Assembly (NCBI RefSeq): GCF_018350175.1
Contig: NC_058368.1
Location: forward strand, 204,726,001 to 204,790,000
Origin: Felis catus
Taxonomy: Eukaryota
DNA: 64,000 bases
Direction: 5' to 3'
In this document: in pieces, positions 38,626 through 53,200 of the stretch
Numbering within the stretch: the first letter of the stretch is position 1
How the letters are laid out: every line of letters begins with the position of its first letter
The notes under the pieces: generated by a model
The model's input: only the letters and a program-made list of their open reading frames with translations
What the model was told of the DNA's origin: nothing
The model's database searches: none
Made by a program: the position numbers and the translations under genes

Positions 38626-41600
38626 AGAGTGACACCTGGTATAAACTCCCATGAGCTTCGTACAGGAGGGTGTGGGAAAGATATGAATATTAACTTTCAC
38701 CTCAAAAGAGTAAAATAATCCTTCATGACGAGCACTGGAGAACTAAGAGATATTTTAAACAGGTGCACAAATGGTACATGTCTCAATGCTAATCCTGCCT
38801 AAACTTCTGATAAGACTATAAATGGTAATGGGAATTATTAAGAAGTTAAACCGGTATTCCTACTGCAGTTATCATTTAGAAAGCTTGAAGAGGGTTTTCC
38901 CAAATTCACGTCTTTAAATGATGATCGAATGACAATGTGTTCAAACTGCAATGATAGAAGAACAGTGTCAGAGGGGGCTGGTTGCAACACGTCACCGTTG
39001 ACAGTGACCATGGCTGATTCTGCCAGTCAGACCAGCTGGGGTGGCCAAGGTCGGCTCCCCTCTTCACTGCCCAGCGGCTCTCCCCTTGGGGGGAGATGAT
39101 CTTCCTGACAGTATGCAGAGCGAGAATGTCAAGTAGCAGTTACACACTGAAGAAGTCTTGTGTTCTTACTCTCCCTCACCAGACATGCTTTTCTATCCTC
39201 TACTCATGACAAAGAAAAAAACAAAAACAAAGGAAATCACACGCCAGTTCCCAAAGTTGGCTGGGTGCTGGGTGTTAGGGGAAAGGGAAGAAGAGGAGGG
39301 GAAGGTTGGCGGGAAAGGACAACCTTCTTCAGAGAGCTCTGGGTTGTGGACTGGAAGGCACTCAGCAGTCACCTGCCCCGAAATGTGGAACATCCACTGG
39401 ACCACATCATGAAAGAGGAAATATTACAATGAGAGAGAAGCATGACACACATCGGACCAGATGCCTTTTGGGTCCTTTTTGGTAGATCTGAGCTCTGCTA
39501 CGAGTAATCATCATATAAGTGTTTGCTGTGGTTATTATTTCCATCCTCTCAGTCAGCTGGGACTGCCAATTTATGGTTTGTTAACTGTTGCTACCTATGA
39601 AGAGCAAATGCTGAGCACGCTGCTAGATCTGAAATTTATCCTGCATTTTACATGTAATTATAAGTCCACTAGTGCTAGTTAACCCACATGAAGTGTATGT
39701 GGTCATATCGTGACAGCTATTTCCCTCACGGTTTAGAGGTGATTTTCTGTGGTTATCTTCTAGATGGTCATAACTACTGAAGTCTGAGTTCTAGATAACT
39801 AGAAGATGTTGCTATATTATTATATATTAGTATTGAAATAAAAAAAATCCAAGCACAGCCTTTCTCTGTGTTTTCTTGAGAAGCAGTTAAAAAAGAATGC
39901 TGTAAGTCTATGAAGAAGCAGCAGGAAGGAAAATTAGGGGCACCTCAGGCAGGCACTGTGGGGCTGGCCCAAGAGGATCTCTGGAACACTGAGGAAACTG
40001 GAACACTGACCTGGGTACCCGTGGCACAAGTGTTATCAGCTTCTTGGCAATGATCTTTTCAGAAAAAGCCCATTAAAACAGAAGAGGGCTGAATTGGAAT
40101 TTGGAGAGTTCTGGTTCTGTCATGAAGAGTCCCTCCAACTATTTCAACTCTCTGAGCCAAAGCCACCCTGAATGGAATGGGCTGGGTGGTTGAATCATAT
40201 TTGTAAGGTTTTCCATTTCATTTATCTGTAGAGGAATCCAGCCTGTAAGTATTTGCTGGGGCTTCCTGGGGATGGGGTTCTGTACTGAGGGGTCCTGGGT
40301 TTTACACAGTACTTGTAAACAGATTCAGAGGACTAAGCCTCCCCGCCCCACTTGTGGGGGTCCTCCCTTTTGAAGCTCTGCTTTGAGGCCACATATCTTT
40401 CTCCAAAGTACTTCTGTCATTTACAAAGTGCTCTTCTATCTGAAGAGCTTCAGGAAATCAGTGATTCCTCCTTATACACACTCCCTTTCATTGAAGGTCA
40501 TGTCCTTGATGGATGCTGATCAAAATATGGTAAAAGAAATCTGTAAACTTCCTGGTTGATCACTATTGTCAAAAGTCACTGAACTACTTTATAGGTAACA
40601 TAATGTTAAAGAGCACATTAAAGAAAACTGGTAGGCTTTTGTTTTTAACCTATGCCATTGCCAAGTAGTTATGAAACCACAAACACTGAGTTTGCGTAGG
40701 CTATTGGCACAAAAGGCTTTGAATTAATGGTAGAAATTGGCAAAAAAATTTAATACAGTATTTCATGTTGGACAATACTGAATGTAAGGAATTCACCTTC
40801 ATAGTTGCTTTCCTTTATGGGTCTCCGAGGCACTGAGGAAAGCACAGCTGTGAAATCTTCTGCTTAGGTACTTACTGTTTCAGAGTTGAGAACAAGGGTT
40901 CCCAAGTTCTTTCCTGAAATGTTCATCTTTTTCTTTCTATTTCAAATTAAACTCTAGTACGCTTTTAAAAATGGATTCTTGGTGCATTAAAAAAATTGTA
41001 GGGCTGACTAAAATAAAGGCTTGGTGATCATGTCCAGGTACTTTAGGATGAATGTCAAGTCAACTGAACTGAATGGCAAGTTGTTAGTATCTTGGAGAAG
41101 TGTTTTTGGCACACGCCGTCTCCCAGGACATTGACCTGAACACAGTCTACAGGCAGCTCATGTGGATGGCAATGCCAGAAAACAGTGTCACCTACTACTA
41201 CCAGCACTTAAGCATTTATCTTTTTACCAAAACTTATTTTCTGTTGCTTTATTTGGTTTTCATGGAATACTTTATAACATGTACTGAATTTACTTCCCTT
41301 CTTAGGTACTTACGATTGAACATGATTAATCCTGGTTTTCAACACTCAGGGGGGTTAATCAATCACCTTTCTCCTCTTTCCTTTCTTGTCAATAGCACGT
41401 AGCTGGTGCATTTAGCTTACTTAGTGTTTTCACATTATTTCATTTAATTGTCCTGGACAGAGTGATCATATACTTCTCTAGCTAATTAAAATTTTTCTCT
41501 CTTCTCCCTAGATTTCATCAATTCTCTTAAGACTCACAGGGCTTCTTGGTGGAATGACAGGGACATTATTTTCCTTGGTGTTTTTTCCTCTGGCTAGAGA

Positions 41601-42059
41601 GGGAGACGTGCCAAGGCAGCTATAAGCAGCCCCAAGTTCCAACAGTGTAGCCTGCTGGAAGGTAGAAACAGGAACATCACTTCAAAGATACACATTTACT
41701 GCCCTGCAGAACTGACCTAGGACAAAGAACTGCCACGGTTTCATTATTTAAAAAAAAAAAAGATTCCATATAGCATGGTTTTGAGATGTCCAAGTAACAA
41801 TTAGCCCTACATTTAATAAAATTTATTTTCTGTTTGGTTAAGGTAAGGGACATCCTAGATAAATATCAAATAATTATATAATCAAATATGTTGGATTATA
41901 TATATTACAAATATACTTATAATAGAAATTATACATTATATTTATAATAGAAATTACATGTTATAAAAATATGACACAACAGAATCAAATATTGAAGATA
42001 ATATAATCAAATAATTAAAATATAAAGCAGGAGGATTAACTAACTGGAGTAGTTGGGAG

Positions 42060-42680
42060 CTTCTAGACAGCATGTAAAATAGTACGGCCACCACAGAAAC
42101 ACAGTTAGGAGTTCTTCAAAAAGTTAAACAGAGTTACCTTATGACCCAGCAATTCTACTTCCAGATATATGTATACCCAACAGAAATGAAAACATATGTT
42201 CACAGAAAAACTTGCACAAGTATGTTCATAGTAGCATTAGTCTTAATAATGAAAAGTAGAAGCAACCCAATGTCTGTCAGCTGATGAGCAGACAAACAAA
42301 ATGGCATAAACATATCATAGAATATCACTTAGCCATAAAAAGGCATAAAGTACTGATAACGTGCTACGCCATGGATCCAGCTGGAAAACGTTTTGTTACA
42401 CGAATGAAGCCAGACACAAAAGGGTACGTATTAATTACACTACTCCATTTATGGAAAATGTCCAGAATAGGCAAATTCATAGAGACAGAGAGCAGATTAG
42501 TAGTTGCCAGGAAATGAGGGGAAGGGAAATCGGAAGTGACTGCTAATGGGTACAGGGTTTCACGCCAAAGTTGAATTGATGGTGGTGATGGCTACACAAC
42601 ACTGTGAATACACCAAAACCTACTTTTAAATGGTTAAAATGGCAATTTCTTAATGTGAATTTTATCTCAATAAGAAAATC
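42060..42680 (+). mobile_element. Old L1M 3' fragment
   Basis: Motifs gttaaacagagttaccttatgacccagcaattc and ggcaaattcatagagacagagagcagattagtagttgccagg. Confidence 0.8.
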
Positions 42681-42939
42681 TATCTAAACTTTTTAAAGCC
42701 AGAAGTTATACTTACTCTAAGATTTATTACATATAATTTAATTTTTATGTTTTCTGAGCCTTACCTTTTCAATTTTAAAATCACTTTTCATTAATTTTAA
42801 TGAATTTTAACTTTAATGTTGCCGTGACACAAGAGGGATCGCCAACTCACTGAACAGAAGACACCACTGAATCCTTCGGTCCTATGAAAATATCCTGCAC
42901 GAAATTTAGTTAAAGTAATTGCGAATGGGACTGTCAGGT

Positions 42940-43631
42940 TCTTTTTTTTTTTTTTAAGTTTATTAATTTATTTTGAGAGAGACAGGGAATATGTCATGCA
43001 TGTGAGTGGGGGAGGGGCGGAGAGGGAGAGAGAGAATCCCAAGCAGGCTCCGTGCTGTCAGCGCAAAGCCCCACGCGGGGCTTGATTCCATGAACCATGA
43101 GATCATGACCTGAGCTGAAATCAAGAGTCAGAGCCTAACTGACTGAGCCACCCAGGCACCCCATCTTTTTAATGAGATTATCCCAATTCCTGAAAAACAG
43201 TAGCTGAAGAGTCTATAGGCAGAGTTAACCTGTTACATGCTGGAATCCCCTGGGGTTTAAAAAAAATGCCGATGCCTGAGTTCCAGGCTTCAACTGGAAG
43301 GTAACTTATAGAATTATCAATTTAATTATCTGGTCTTTGGATTTTTAAAAGCTCCCCAGTGATTTTATTATATATTATTATTATTTTTTAAAAATTTTAT
43401 TTATTTATTTTGAGAGAGACAGAGAAAGCATGAGCAGGGGAGGAGAGAGACAGAGAGAGAGACAGAGAGACAGAGAGAGAGACGGAGAGAGAGAGAGAGA
43501 GAATCCCAAGCAGGCTCTGTGCTGAGAGCACAGAGCCCGACTTGGGACTTGAACCCATGAAACTGTGAGATCATGACCTGAGCCAAAACCAAGAGTTGGA
43601 CCCTTAACCGACTGAGTCACCTAGGTGTCCC
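42940..43631 (-). mobile_element. Two Can-SINEs (~42940-43162, 43365-43631)
   Basis: SINE motifs. TSD aaaagctcc(c/t)agtgatttt flanks the second copy. Confidence 0.88.
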
Positions 43632-44667
43632 AAAAGCTCCCTAGTGATTTTAAAGTGTAGCAGAATTTAAGAACTGCTGACTTACATCTTTTTCCTTCTG
43701 AGCCCAGAAGGCATTGTGCTTGTTTTTCACTGCTGGAGCCTCTTGTCTGGTTCTCATATGCAAGTTCTTGGCCAGGAACAGGAGGAAAAAGTAAGTGTGG
43801 GGACATTCTAATCCAAGCCTAAAAGTATGGCAGTGCTTTGCCAACATCAAATCTCTGTCACTGAAAAATACGAACCTCCTGAAGTTTAAGGGAAGCCTTC
43901 TACTGCCAGAAGAAACCAACTGACAAATGAGACTTTATTTTCCCCATCTTGTAATTTTGCTGAGGTCACTTCATCCTCGCTGATAATGATATATTCTATC
44001 ACGTAATTTCATTTCCAAAGTTTGGAGTTTCAAATGCAATCAAACATCGTCTTTGTAGTGAGCACACCAAAGTTTTTTGGTTGTAGGATTAACCGCTACA
44101 TTCACCACTCAGTTATTGATGTATTGTCATCAATACATCAATACATCAATACATCAATACAATGACACTCAGTCATTTATTCAACAAACAAATCAATGAA
44201 CACCTGCTTATAAATCAGGCTTCAGATTAACACGTTCACTTGCTGGAATAGTGTATTTGGTCCAAGGATCATGGCACAAAAGACAGACCATTTTATTTAA
44301 ACAGGCTGGCCCCATTCCCCGAGAAAGAGAATCAGCCCAGTCATTCTTCCCTAACTTTTGCTCTGTGTACATTTTCTGCCTTGGTGGAATTGCTATGATC
44401 ACTTTTGAATTCCCAAGTCTGTATTCAGATTGAAAACCTGTTCCATGTATATATTTCTATTTCCACAAAAGAATGGCCAATATGATAAATACAAGGATAA
44501 ATATGGTGGATGTGGACATGGTCTCCACAATGCAGAAGCAGAGAACATTTTTGCTATAAATACTTACACAGGAGCACAGCTTGTCATTCTTTTGTGCGCA
44601 TGTTTTAATTTTTAAGGTATTTATTGCTACAGTAAGGCAGCTGTGTCACACTGCATTCTCCTAAACC

Positions 44668-44870
44668 AAGTGTCCTCAACCAGGGACGAGCTTCCTTCCC
44701 AGGAGACATTTGGCAGCGTCTGGAGACACTTTTGATGGTCACGACTGGTGGAGGGAGTGATACCAGCATTTGGTAGGGAGAGGCCAGGGGTACTGTGAAA
44801 CACTCTCTACTGCACAGGACGGTCCCTACAACAAAGAGTTATCTGGTCCAATATGTCAATGGTGCCGTGC
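44668..44870 (+). mobile_element. MER20 hAT MITE
   Basis: ggagacatttggcagcgtctggagacacttttg...acaaagagttatctggtccaatatgtcaat. Confidence 0.8.
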
Positions 44871-46639
44871 TCCAAACAAATAAAACCACTAACTTACAAA
44901 GTAGTTCTCCAAAATTCACATCTGTACTCACAGTGAAAAAAGCTAACATAAAAATCTACATCTCCAATCTCCTCTACCCCTTTACCTCTCTAAACTCTTT
45001 TCCTGCTCAACAAAGAAAAAACACCTTGCATTTTTAAGTCCTTCAGATTCTGTTTTATTTTATTTTGTTTTCTTTGGATTTTTAAAACACACTTCCACAC
45101 AGACATTCCAAATTTCAGTTATTCAAGAAGCACTTAGACACCATCTATCATGTGTAAGGCACTCCCTAGGTGCAATGGGAATTTTAAAAAGAACATGACA
45201 AATGGATTCTGCCTTTGAAGAGCTATATAAGCTAGTACAGGAAATAATACATGTACATATGAGAAGTAGCTAACAATAAAAGGCAGTTAAAGATAATAAT
45301 TGCTTTAAGAAACCAGAAAAAGTAGTGAATAATAAGAGCTGAGGGTGGAGGGACAGAGGAAGGTTCCAAAGAGGACCAAGGAGAGGGTGATGAACTCATC
45401 CCAGTTTGCCAACATGGAAAAGTGCTGACGGGTGATCACCAACCAAATGCCACTAGAGACACACCTGTACACAAAGTTAGTGTTATTTACCCTCCTACGT
45501 ACTGAATCAGAATCTGCATTCTCACAAGGTCCCACGTCATCTGTACGTACAGTAAAGACTAAGAAACATTGACTTAAGGCAACTGACTGCCAGCTAAGGG
45601 CTCTAACTGGATCAGTGGTTCTCAACTCTGGCTGCACATTAGACTGACTTGGGGATCTCTAACAAAATACCTTCTAGAGATCTAATTTAATTAGATTGGA
45701 TGATGCCTTATACAACATTATATGTCAATTTTATCTAAAAAAAATAACGCTATTTCGACATATTGAGTAAAAAGATTGGTGTGATGCCCGGACATTGGTA
45801 TGTGACATGTGACTCTAAGATGCAACCAAGGTTGAGGACCACTGAATTAGAACAATGAGCTTCTATGTTAGATTAAAAGGTCCCTCAAATACCAAGTCCT
45901 GTGTGGAACAAACCAAACAAGAATTAGCAAGGTGAAACAGCATGCATTGAATCTCGGGGGGAACTGGACAAGCCCCTGTATACAATAAGGATCTGATGTT
46001 GAGTGTGTCTGGGTTGGCTCAGAGGGAAAGGCAGTGTGGTAAGAGCACAAGCCTCTCTTGTGGGTGACCTTGCTGGGGTCTCCCAGTAAGGTCCAGCCTT
46101 AAATTCCACTTGTGTGGAGCAGAAACATATGCTTACAGCTGTGTTTCAAGGGTTCTAAAGTTGCAGTTTCAAGTATATATGGCAGTGAGAGTGCAGCTGC
46201 CTTAATTGTGGGAGTCATGGAAGTTAGTGTTAGATTCTTTGCCGTAATCCTGGGAGCTGAGCCAACCCTAGGCTCCAAGATGGCCCCGTGTCAGTCCACA
46301 CAGGAGAACAGCCATAGTCGGCTTTGTGGGAAACTTGTAACTTCTCAACAGAACACGTTATGCCAATCCCTGGCATCAATCGACTGCAACAAATTTCCTA
46401 AGCCTTCATAGTTCTTCATTCATTGGCTCTTTCTGGAGTTCTTTGTTGCAGAAATCTGTGTTTTTTAGAGAGACGCTTCTCAAACTTTAGTGTGTAAAGG
46501 CATCACCTAGGGGTTTCGTTAAAATGCAGTAAGTAAAATTCAGTTAAGTGAGGACTGAGATTTTGCAACTTTTGTTAAGTTCTCATATGCTGCCGACGCT
46601 GCTTCTGGTGACCACATTCTGAGGAGCAAGAAGTTAGAT

Positions 46640-47098
46640 CTGTGCTGTCCAATATGGTAGCTTCTAGCCACATGTGACTATTGAGCATTTGAGATGGGGC
46701 CACTGTGACCAAGGAATTGGATTTTTAATTTTATTAAATTTTAAGTAGTTTACATTCAAATTGAAAAGTGAAAATGGTACAGAGTGTTTTTTTGTATTAA
46801 ATATAACTTTATTGTTTCAGTAGGACTACATTTCACTTTACTGAAAATTTAGTGTCCCAATTGAGATGTGCTGTAAAACACACTGGATTATGAAGAATTA
46901 TTAGGCTAAAATAATGTAAAAATTCTTAATAATGTTATCAGACTGATTACATGTTGGAATGATAATACTTTGGGTATATTGGACTAAGATATATTATCGA
47001 AATTACTTTTAGCTGTGTTTCACTTTTTTAATGTGGCTACTAGGAAATTTGAAATTGCATATGTAGCTCCCATTATATTTGGTTTAGATGTAGAACTG
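46640..47098. mobile_element. MER3/MER33-like hAT element
   Basis: tgtgctgtccaatatggtagc...tagccacatgtg start; atgtggctactaggaaattt near the end. Confidence 0.6.
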
Positions 47099-47911
47099 CT
47101 TTCAAAGGAAAACCATATTTAATTAAAAAGGAAGAATTCAGAAAATATATCGCATCGGGCTTAAACATGAAATACCTTTTAAATGTTGCTAAATTGGTAA
47201 ACTGTAGATTATGGTGTAGCTCTAACCCCCACTTCAAAGCATCTATCTCCTCTGGTCCACTCTCCTGAGACAGAGTTTTCATCTAGTTCATAGATGTTCA
47301 AGGGCTCCTCAGCAGAGCCCCTAAAACTTGTTTAATTTTCTTTCCTACCTTTTTTTCTTTAAAACACACCCACCCCCATTTCTGATCTTAGATCCTTGCT
47401 AAGTAGGGCTAATACGGAATAGTAGAAAGAGCACAGGCTTGGAGGCCAGCGGGATTTAGGTTTGAATCCCAGATGTGCGACTTACTAGAAATATTATATA
47501 AATTTTGTAAGCCCCAGCTTCCTCAGGTATAAAATGAGAGCAAAATATCTACACAGCTGATGAAAATTAAATCAGATTATTTACAAAAGTACCTGTCACA
47601 TGGTTGGTTTTCAACAATGAACCACCACCATTACTAAGAGAACAAATTCAGCGTTTCTTGTGGATCCTGACTCCGTCTATTGATATTTTTGAAATAGATC
47701 AGGTCATTATGCATTGCAAGGACTTAGCCTAGAAGTATACCTCATAATGAGAATCCAAAGCACTGGAATAGTTCACTTAGAAAGTCATTTAAGACTAGGC
47801 AAATCTCTTCATAATCCATGAAAATGGAAGCTACCTTCTTATCCGTGCACCTACTTGGTCTTAAATGTAAAACAAACTTAGCTCAGAAGTAAGGGACTCC
47901 CGAGGTTCAAT

Positions 47912-48144
47912 GGCATGATTTCTCAAAACGACACTACTTGTATTCTGGACCAGATAATTCTTTTTTGCAGGGGGTTGTCCTGTGCACTGAATATCCTGCA
48001 TAGGATATTCAGCATCATTCCTAGCCTCAACCCACTAGATGCCAGTATCACTCCCCTCTCCCCCAGTTATGACTAACAAAATGTCTAGAGAGACATTGCC
48101 AAATGTCCTCGGGGGCCAAAAATCACCTCTGGTGAGAACCACTG
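47912..48144 (-). mobile_element. MER20 hAT MITE
   Basis: acccactagatgccagta...agacattgccaaatgtcc...gagaaccactg. Confidence 0.8.
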
Positions 48145-48204
48145 CTCTATGGGAATGTATCACCCACTTTATAACCCTGATTATATTAAACTCTGATTAT
48201 ATTA

Positions 48205-48515
48205 AAATTTTTAAAAAATCTTTTAATTGTTTTAATGTTTATTTTTGAGAGAGAGAGAGAGAGAGACAGGGGGTGAGCAGGGGAGCGGCAGAGAGAGAGG
48301 GAGACACAGAATTTGAAGCATGCTCCAGGCTCTGAGCTGTCAGCAGGGAGCCTGACACAGGCCTCGAACTCACGAACTGTGAGATCATGACCTGAGCCGA
48401 AGTCAGACACAACTGACTGAGCTACTCAGGTGCCCCTAAAAAAATTTTGTTTTAAGTTTATTATTTATTTTGAGAGAGAGATAGAGATAGTGAGTGGGGG
48501 ACGGGCAGAGAGAGC

Positions 48516-48561
<46 letters not shown>

Positions 48562-48685
48562 CCCAAGCAGGTTCTGCACTGTCAGCATGAAGCCTGATGC
48601 AGGGCTTGAACTCATGAACATGAGATCATGACCTGAGCTGAAGTCAAGAATCAGACGCTCAACCACCTGAGCCACTCAGTTGCCC
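48205..48685 (-). mobile_element. Tandem pair of Can-SINEs
   Basis: Two head-to-tail SINE units. Confidence 0.9.
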
Positions 48686-50065
48686 TGAATATAATTAAAT
48701 TGTAAAATTGCATTTAAATAGAATAATTTTTATTGTATAGAAGTAAAATCATTTTACTTAAACGATAGTTCTTTTTAATTTTCATTGATTGAGTTCCTAC
48801 TATGTGCTAAGTTCTTGCCATTTGCTTTCTCGTTTCATCCTTAAAACTCTTCTGTGAGGAATGTTGTGCAAAAGGATTATAATCTTCATTCTATAGGTAA
48901 AGAAGCTCAGCTTCAGAAAAGGTAAATACTATTTAGTCAAAAACCAAACTAACAAGTAACAAAGCTGGGATCTGAATCCAGATTTTTCTCACTTCAAAGG
49001 TTTTTTTCCCCTCATATGCGGCACTGCCTCTTTCCGTTTTATTTGGGCTTTCTCTTTATCGTAAGGTTACTTTTTTGGCATTAGTCTCAGAGTTATTGGC
49101 TTTTATGAACTTGTAGAGACTAGAGCTTAAAGGTTAACTGTCCTATACTTGATTTGAGAAGATCTTATACTTCATCTTTTACCCTCATTCTATGAAGCAC
49201 AGAGGAAAATCATCCTTATTATCAGACCCATATATATTTCCTAGAGAGCAATGCCAGATCCCCTCATGGAAATAAGAAATAGTCCCTGCATCTGCGAAGT
49301 TTTCAGTCTGGTGGGAAAATAAGATTTACAGGTATGAAACAATGTGAAAATAAACATTTTAGGATATATTGGAATAGAAAATGAAATATTTCAGGATATA
49401 GCTATATAGAACTTTATAAAGAAAAGAAAGACCAGTATGAGTTATAATAGACCTAGAACCTTTAATAGAGAAGTTCTGGTGGGAAATAGACAGAAAAATG
49501 GCGACCAAGTTTAGGAAGCAGATCATTTATAACAGGCGTTATAATTCCAAATTTGCCATTGTGAGTTAAAGGAAGAGGTTAGATGTATATTGCTGAGTAT
49601 CTAGTTAACTGTTGGTTGGACAACTCTTACGAATCATGGTCCACATTTGCCTCTTTCTCTTCCAAGTCAGGCTTTCTGCTAACTTCTAACCAAAAGATGG
49701 ATAAACACATAGAAGAGTCAGAGAAGCAACGTTTACTTCAGACATAAAAGAGGATTCTGGGAAAATGGCTTTGACAGCTTCAAAAAGAAAACAGTTTATA
49801 TGTAGTCACACACAGTCTTAGAGCTAGTCGATAAGGCCACCATTTCATTTCACAGGTGAAGAAAATGATGTTCAAAAAAAGAGAAGTGAATTGGCCAAAG
49901 TGGCACAGCTGGTAAGAAGACTTTACTTCCCTCCCTGAAGAGAAATCATGGTTGCTAATTGTGGTCATTATTATTTACTTTGGATCTACCAACCTCTAAG
50001 GCCCTACCAAATTTCCAACTGTCACGTTTACAGAGAGCAAATCCTGAGCCTTACACTCCACAATA

Positions 50066-50270
50066 TTTTTTTAAACTTTCTTTTTACTTATTTTGAGAGA
50101 GAGAGAGCAAGTAGGATAGAGACAGAGAGACAGAAGGAGACACAACCCCAAACTGCTGCTGATAGCAGCACAGAGCCTGATACGGGGCTCGAACTCATGA
50201 ATCGCGAGATCATGACCTGAGCTGAAATCAAGAGTCGGACACTTAACCAACTGAGCCACCCATGTGCCCC
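50066..50270 (-). mobile_element. Can-SINE
   Basis: SINE motifs; TSD-like actccacaa. Confidence 0.85.
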
Positions 50271-53200
50271 GACTCCACAACAATATTAAGACCATGTTCA
50301 GGGTTCCAGTGATCAGAAAAATAGGTATCTGAGTAGGCATTTTGAAAGCTTGTAAGAAACTAAACTAAAGCATTATTTTAAGTACTAACGGTCAACCATG
50401 TAATGAGTTCAGAATTCCATGCATAATCAACCTATTTTATTACACTAGATGGCAGCAAATAGGTATCTAGGTGTATAGTCAGTAAACCAGGAAATTGAAA
50501 ACAAAATGAAACCACACAAAGACTGAGTCTAAATTTGCCTAAATCAAGTAAAAGTTCCCACAATTATCAAGCTCTTGCATGCTCTTGAACATTCCTAAAG
50601 AAGTTGTCGTTCTTCTTACATGTTTTTCTATGGAGGGTCCTCCTTACACATAGTAGGGTGCTAAAAATTGTGATGAACCGTTTCAACGTTGAATTGTGTA
50701 ATCACTGATGCTTGAATAGGTAGGGCAATATTTTATATATTTCCAGAATCCTTGTCCTGGCTGTCAGAGGCAGAGCAGTAATCAGTGAGGGGGGGATAGG
50801 AAGTAGTGAGAAGAGGACTTGGATAAGATGTTGCAGGATAGGACATCAGGATGCATAAGACAGAAAACGCATAAAAGAAGGCTGTGAATGCTGGCAACAG
50901 AGGTATTTAAAATTAGAAAAAGTAGGTTAGATAATCACTAGTGGGACTGAAAGATTTTCTAGGTTATTCTAGCTTATTGTCTTCAAAGTGGACCATGCAA
51001 GCTGATCTATTGGGGAGTGAAAAGAAAACACTAAAACTTTTATTTCTAGGTTTGGTATATCTCAAGTAGGATGGAAATTAAGGTTTAATAACACTGAACA
51101 TTTAGAGTCACACGGAGCCTTCACTCAGCCTGTGTGTCAGGGTCACAGTCATATTTGGTAAGAGAGAAACCCTCAGAAAGAGTGGGAGAGCCACCGGTGG
51201 TTCAGAGGATGAGTTAGCAGTACCTTTACTTGTCTCTTCATGTTAGAGTTATTTTTCATGTGGAGTTATTCTACATGGCTGATTTAATGGATAAACACAT
51301 TATACTGATATACATTCTGGTGGTTGATCATGAGGTAACAAACAAGTGGCTTGAAAGGATTCACGTAAAGAAATCTCATATAAAAAGTAATTCTAGTGGT
51401 GCCGGCCCATGTCAACAAGAAGGAAATGAACTGACACTGTTCTTATTGTAGAACAGTCTCCAACCAAATCGGACGGGAAGTTCACTTCCCAAATGGGAAA
51501 TTATCCTAAAGACCATTTGAAATACAGATTGACATCTACTACAACTAGTGTTCATTTTTTGAACCTCTAACTTGCTGTACCTTGTGCCCCTTTTCAGGTA
51601 GGAGATAGTAATGAAAAGCAAACGCTGAAGTAAATGTAACCTTCAAATTGTGTATGAACTATTAAATGAGGACTCCCCCTGCAAAAGAAGTAAACTTCAA
51701 ACACACTGAAGGAAGTATTTTGTTCTATTAAAGTTAAAATGTTTTATAATATTGCTTGGTTCAACTTTATCAACACTTTAAAATTTATATGTTTATATAC
51801 ATCGTACAATGAACAAAATGTATACGATTCACAAATAGGTGAGCAATGTATATTGTGAGCATGTGTTTAAAGATTGCTTTACTAATGGCATATAGAATCC
51901 AAGTTTCAGTAACTGATAACTTTTGCAGATAAATGAATAAAAAACGAGGCAAGAGGCTTAGGGACCACCAATGTCCCAACATAGCACAGATTCCCAAATT
52001 CTTAGTATTCAAACTCTTTCCATTTTATTCTACTCTGCTTTCATTCCCTCCTCAGGTTTGACTTATAGGGTACACATTTAGGTACACAGATCCAGGGCAC
52101 AGACCTGGGCTCCTCCTCCTTTTACAACTCTCCACATGCCTTCATCCTTAAAGGATTGCTCTCTGGGAAGCACAAACAAAGGTAAAAGTAATATTAAAAT
52201 GGAAGCATCTGCCCATCAGATAAAATGCAACTATGTGCAAAAGACAGACTCAGATACTAGAGCAGAAAGACACTGCAGTATAAGCCAAGTGCTTATTCCT
52301 ATAATTAAATCTTTTCACATGAGCCCTCATAAACAAGAAAATTACTAAAAATGTATTCTCCTTTTTAAACTGTACAGGAGAATGAGGAATGGCTTAAAAA
52401 TAAAAGGTTGACATGGGTTTGGAGTAAATAGTCTGATATTCTGGGGCAAACACAAGGGGAGTTTCCTTCACAGATGAGGGGTTTCCATGGCCCTGATGGG
52501 TTTTCTTCTACGTTGGCTCCCTTTTCTTTGTAGAGTTTGGCTGAGAGGCCATAATCAATGGTCTGTGTAAACTGTGCTACAGAAGGTATGAACCCTTCCT
52601 ATAGGCCAGTGCTTCCAAAGTGTGGACCTACGAGTCTGATCTACCTCCACCAGGACCACTTGGATAAGCATCCAGATTCCTGGGCTCCACCTGAGATCTA
52701 CTGAATCAAATTCTCAAGAAGGGGCTATTTTTGATTTCCCTTGTTGATTTGTATACTTTTGACTTTCGATTCTCAGGCAAAATGTGCTGTCTGGTAACCA
52801 GAAAAGGAGAAAAGATCAGAGGTTCCCCAACTGGCCCAAGATCATTAGAGGCTCATCTTTGAAAGACGGTATATTCATGTTATGGGCTTCTGTAAGATGG
52901 AAAACTTCTGGCTCATCAAGAAAATTAAACACTAGAATTAAACACATTTAAGGAGAGATTGTAAATCTTCATTTTAAAAAGGACTTGTTTAAGCTCTTCT
53001 AAGATGTACCTTTGCCTAGGTGGTGGGTAGGGCACTGAGACAGATCCAGCTAATACTACACACAACTATGTTCCAGAAACACATACATTTAATGCTCAAG
53101 ATAACCACGGATGGCAGTTTATAGATGGGAAATGTAAATGTCCTCCTAAATTCATTCAGCTGGTAAGAGGCAGAGGTGAGATTTGTACCCAATCTCTGAA

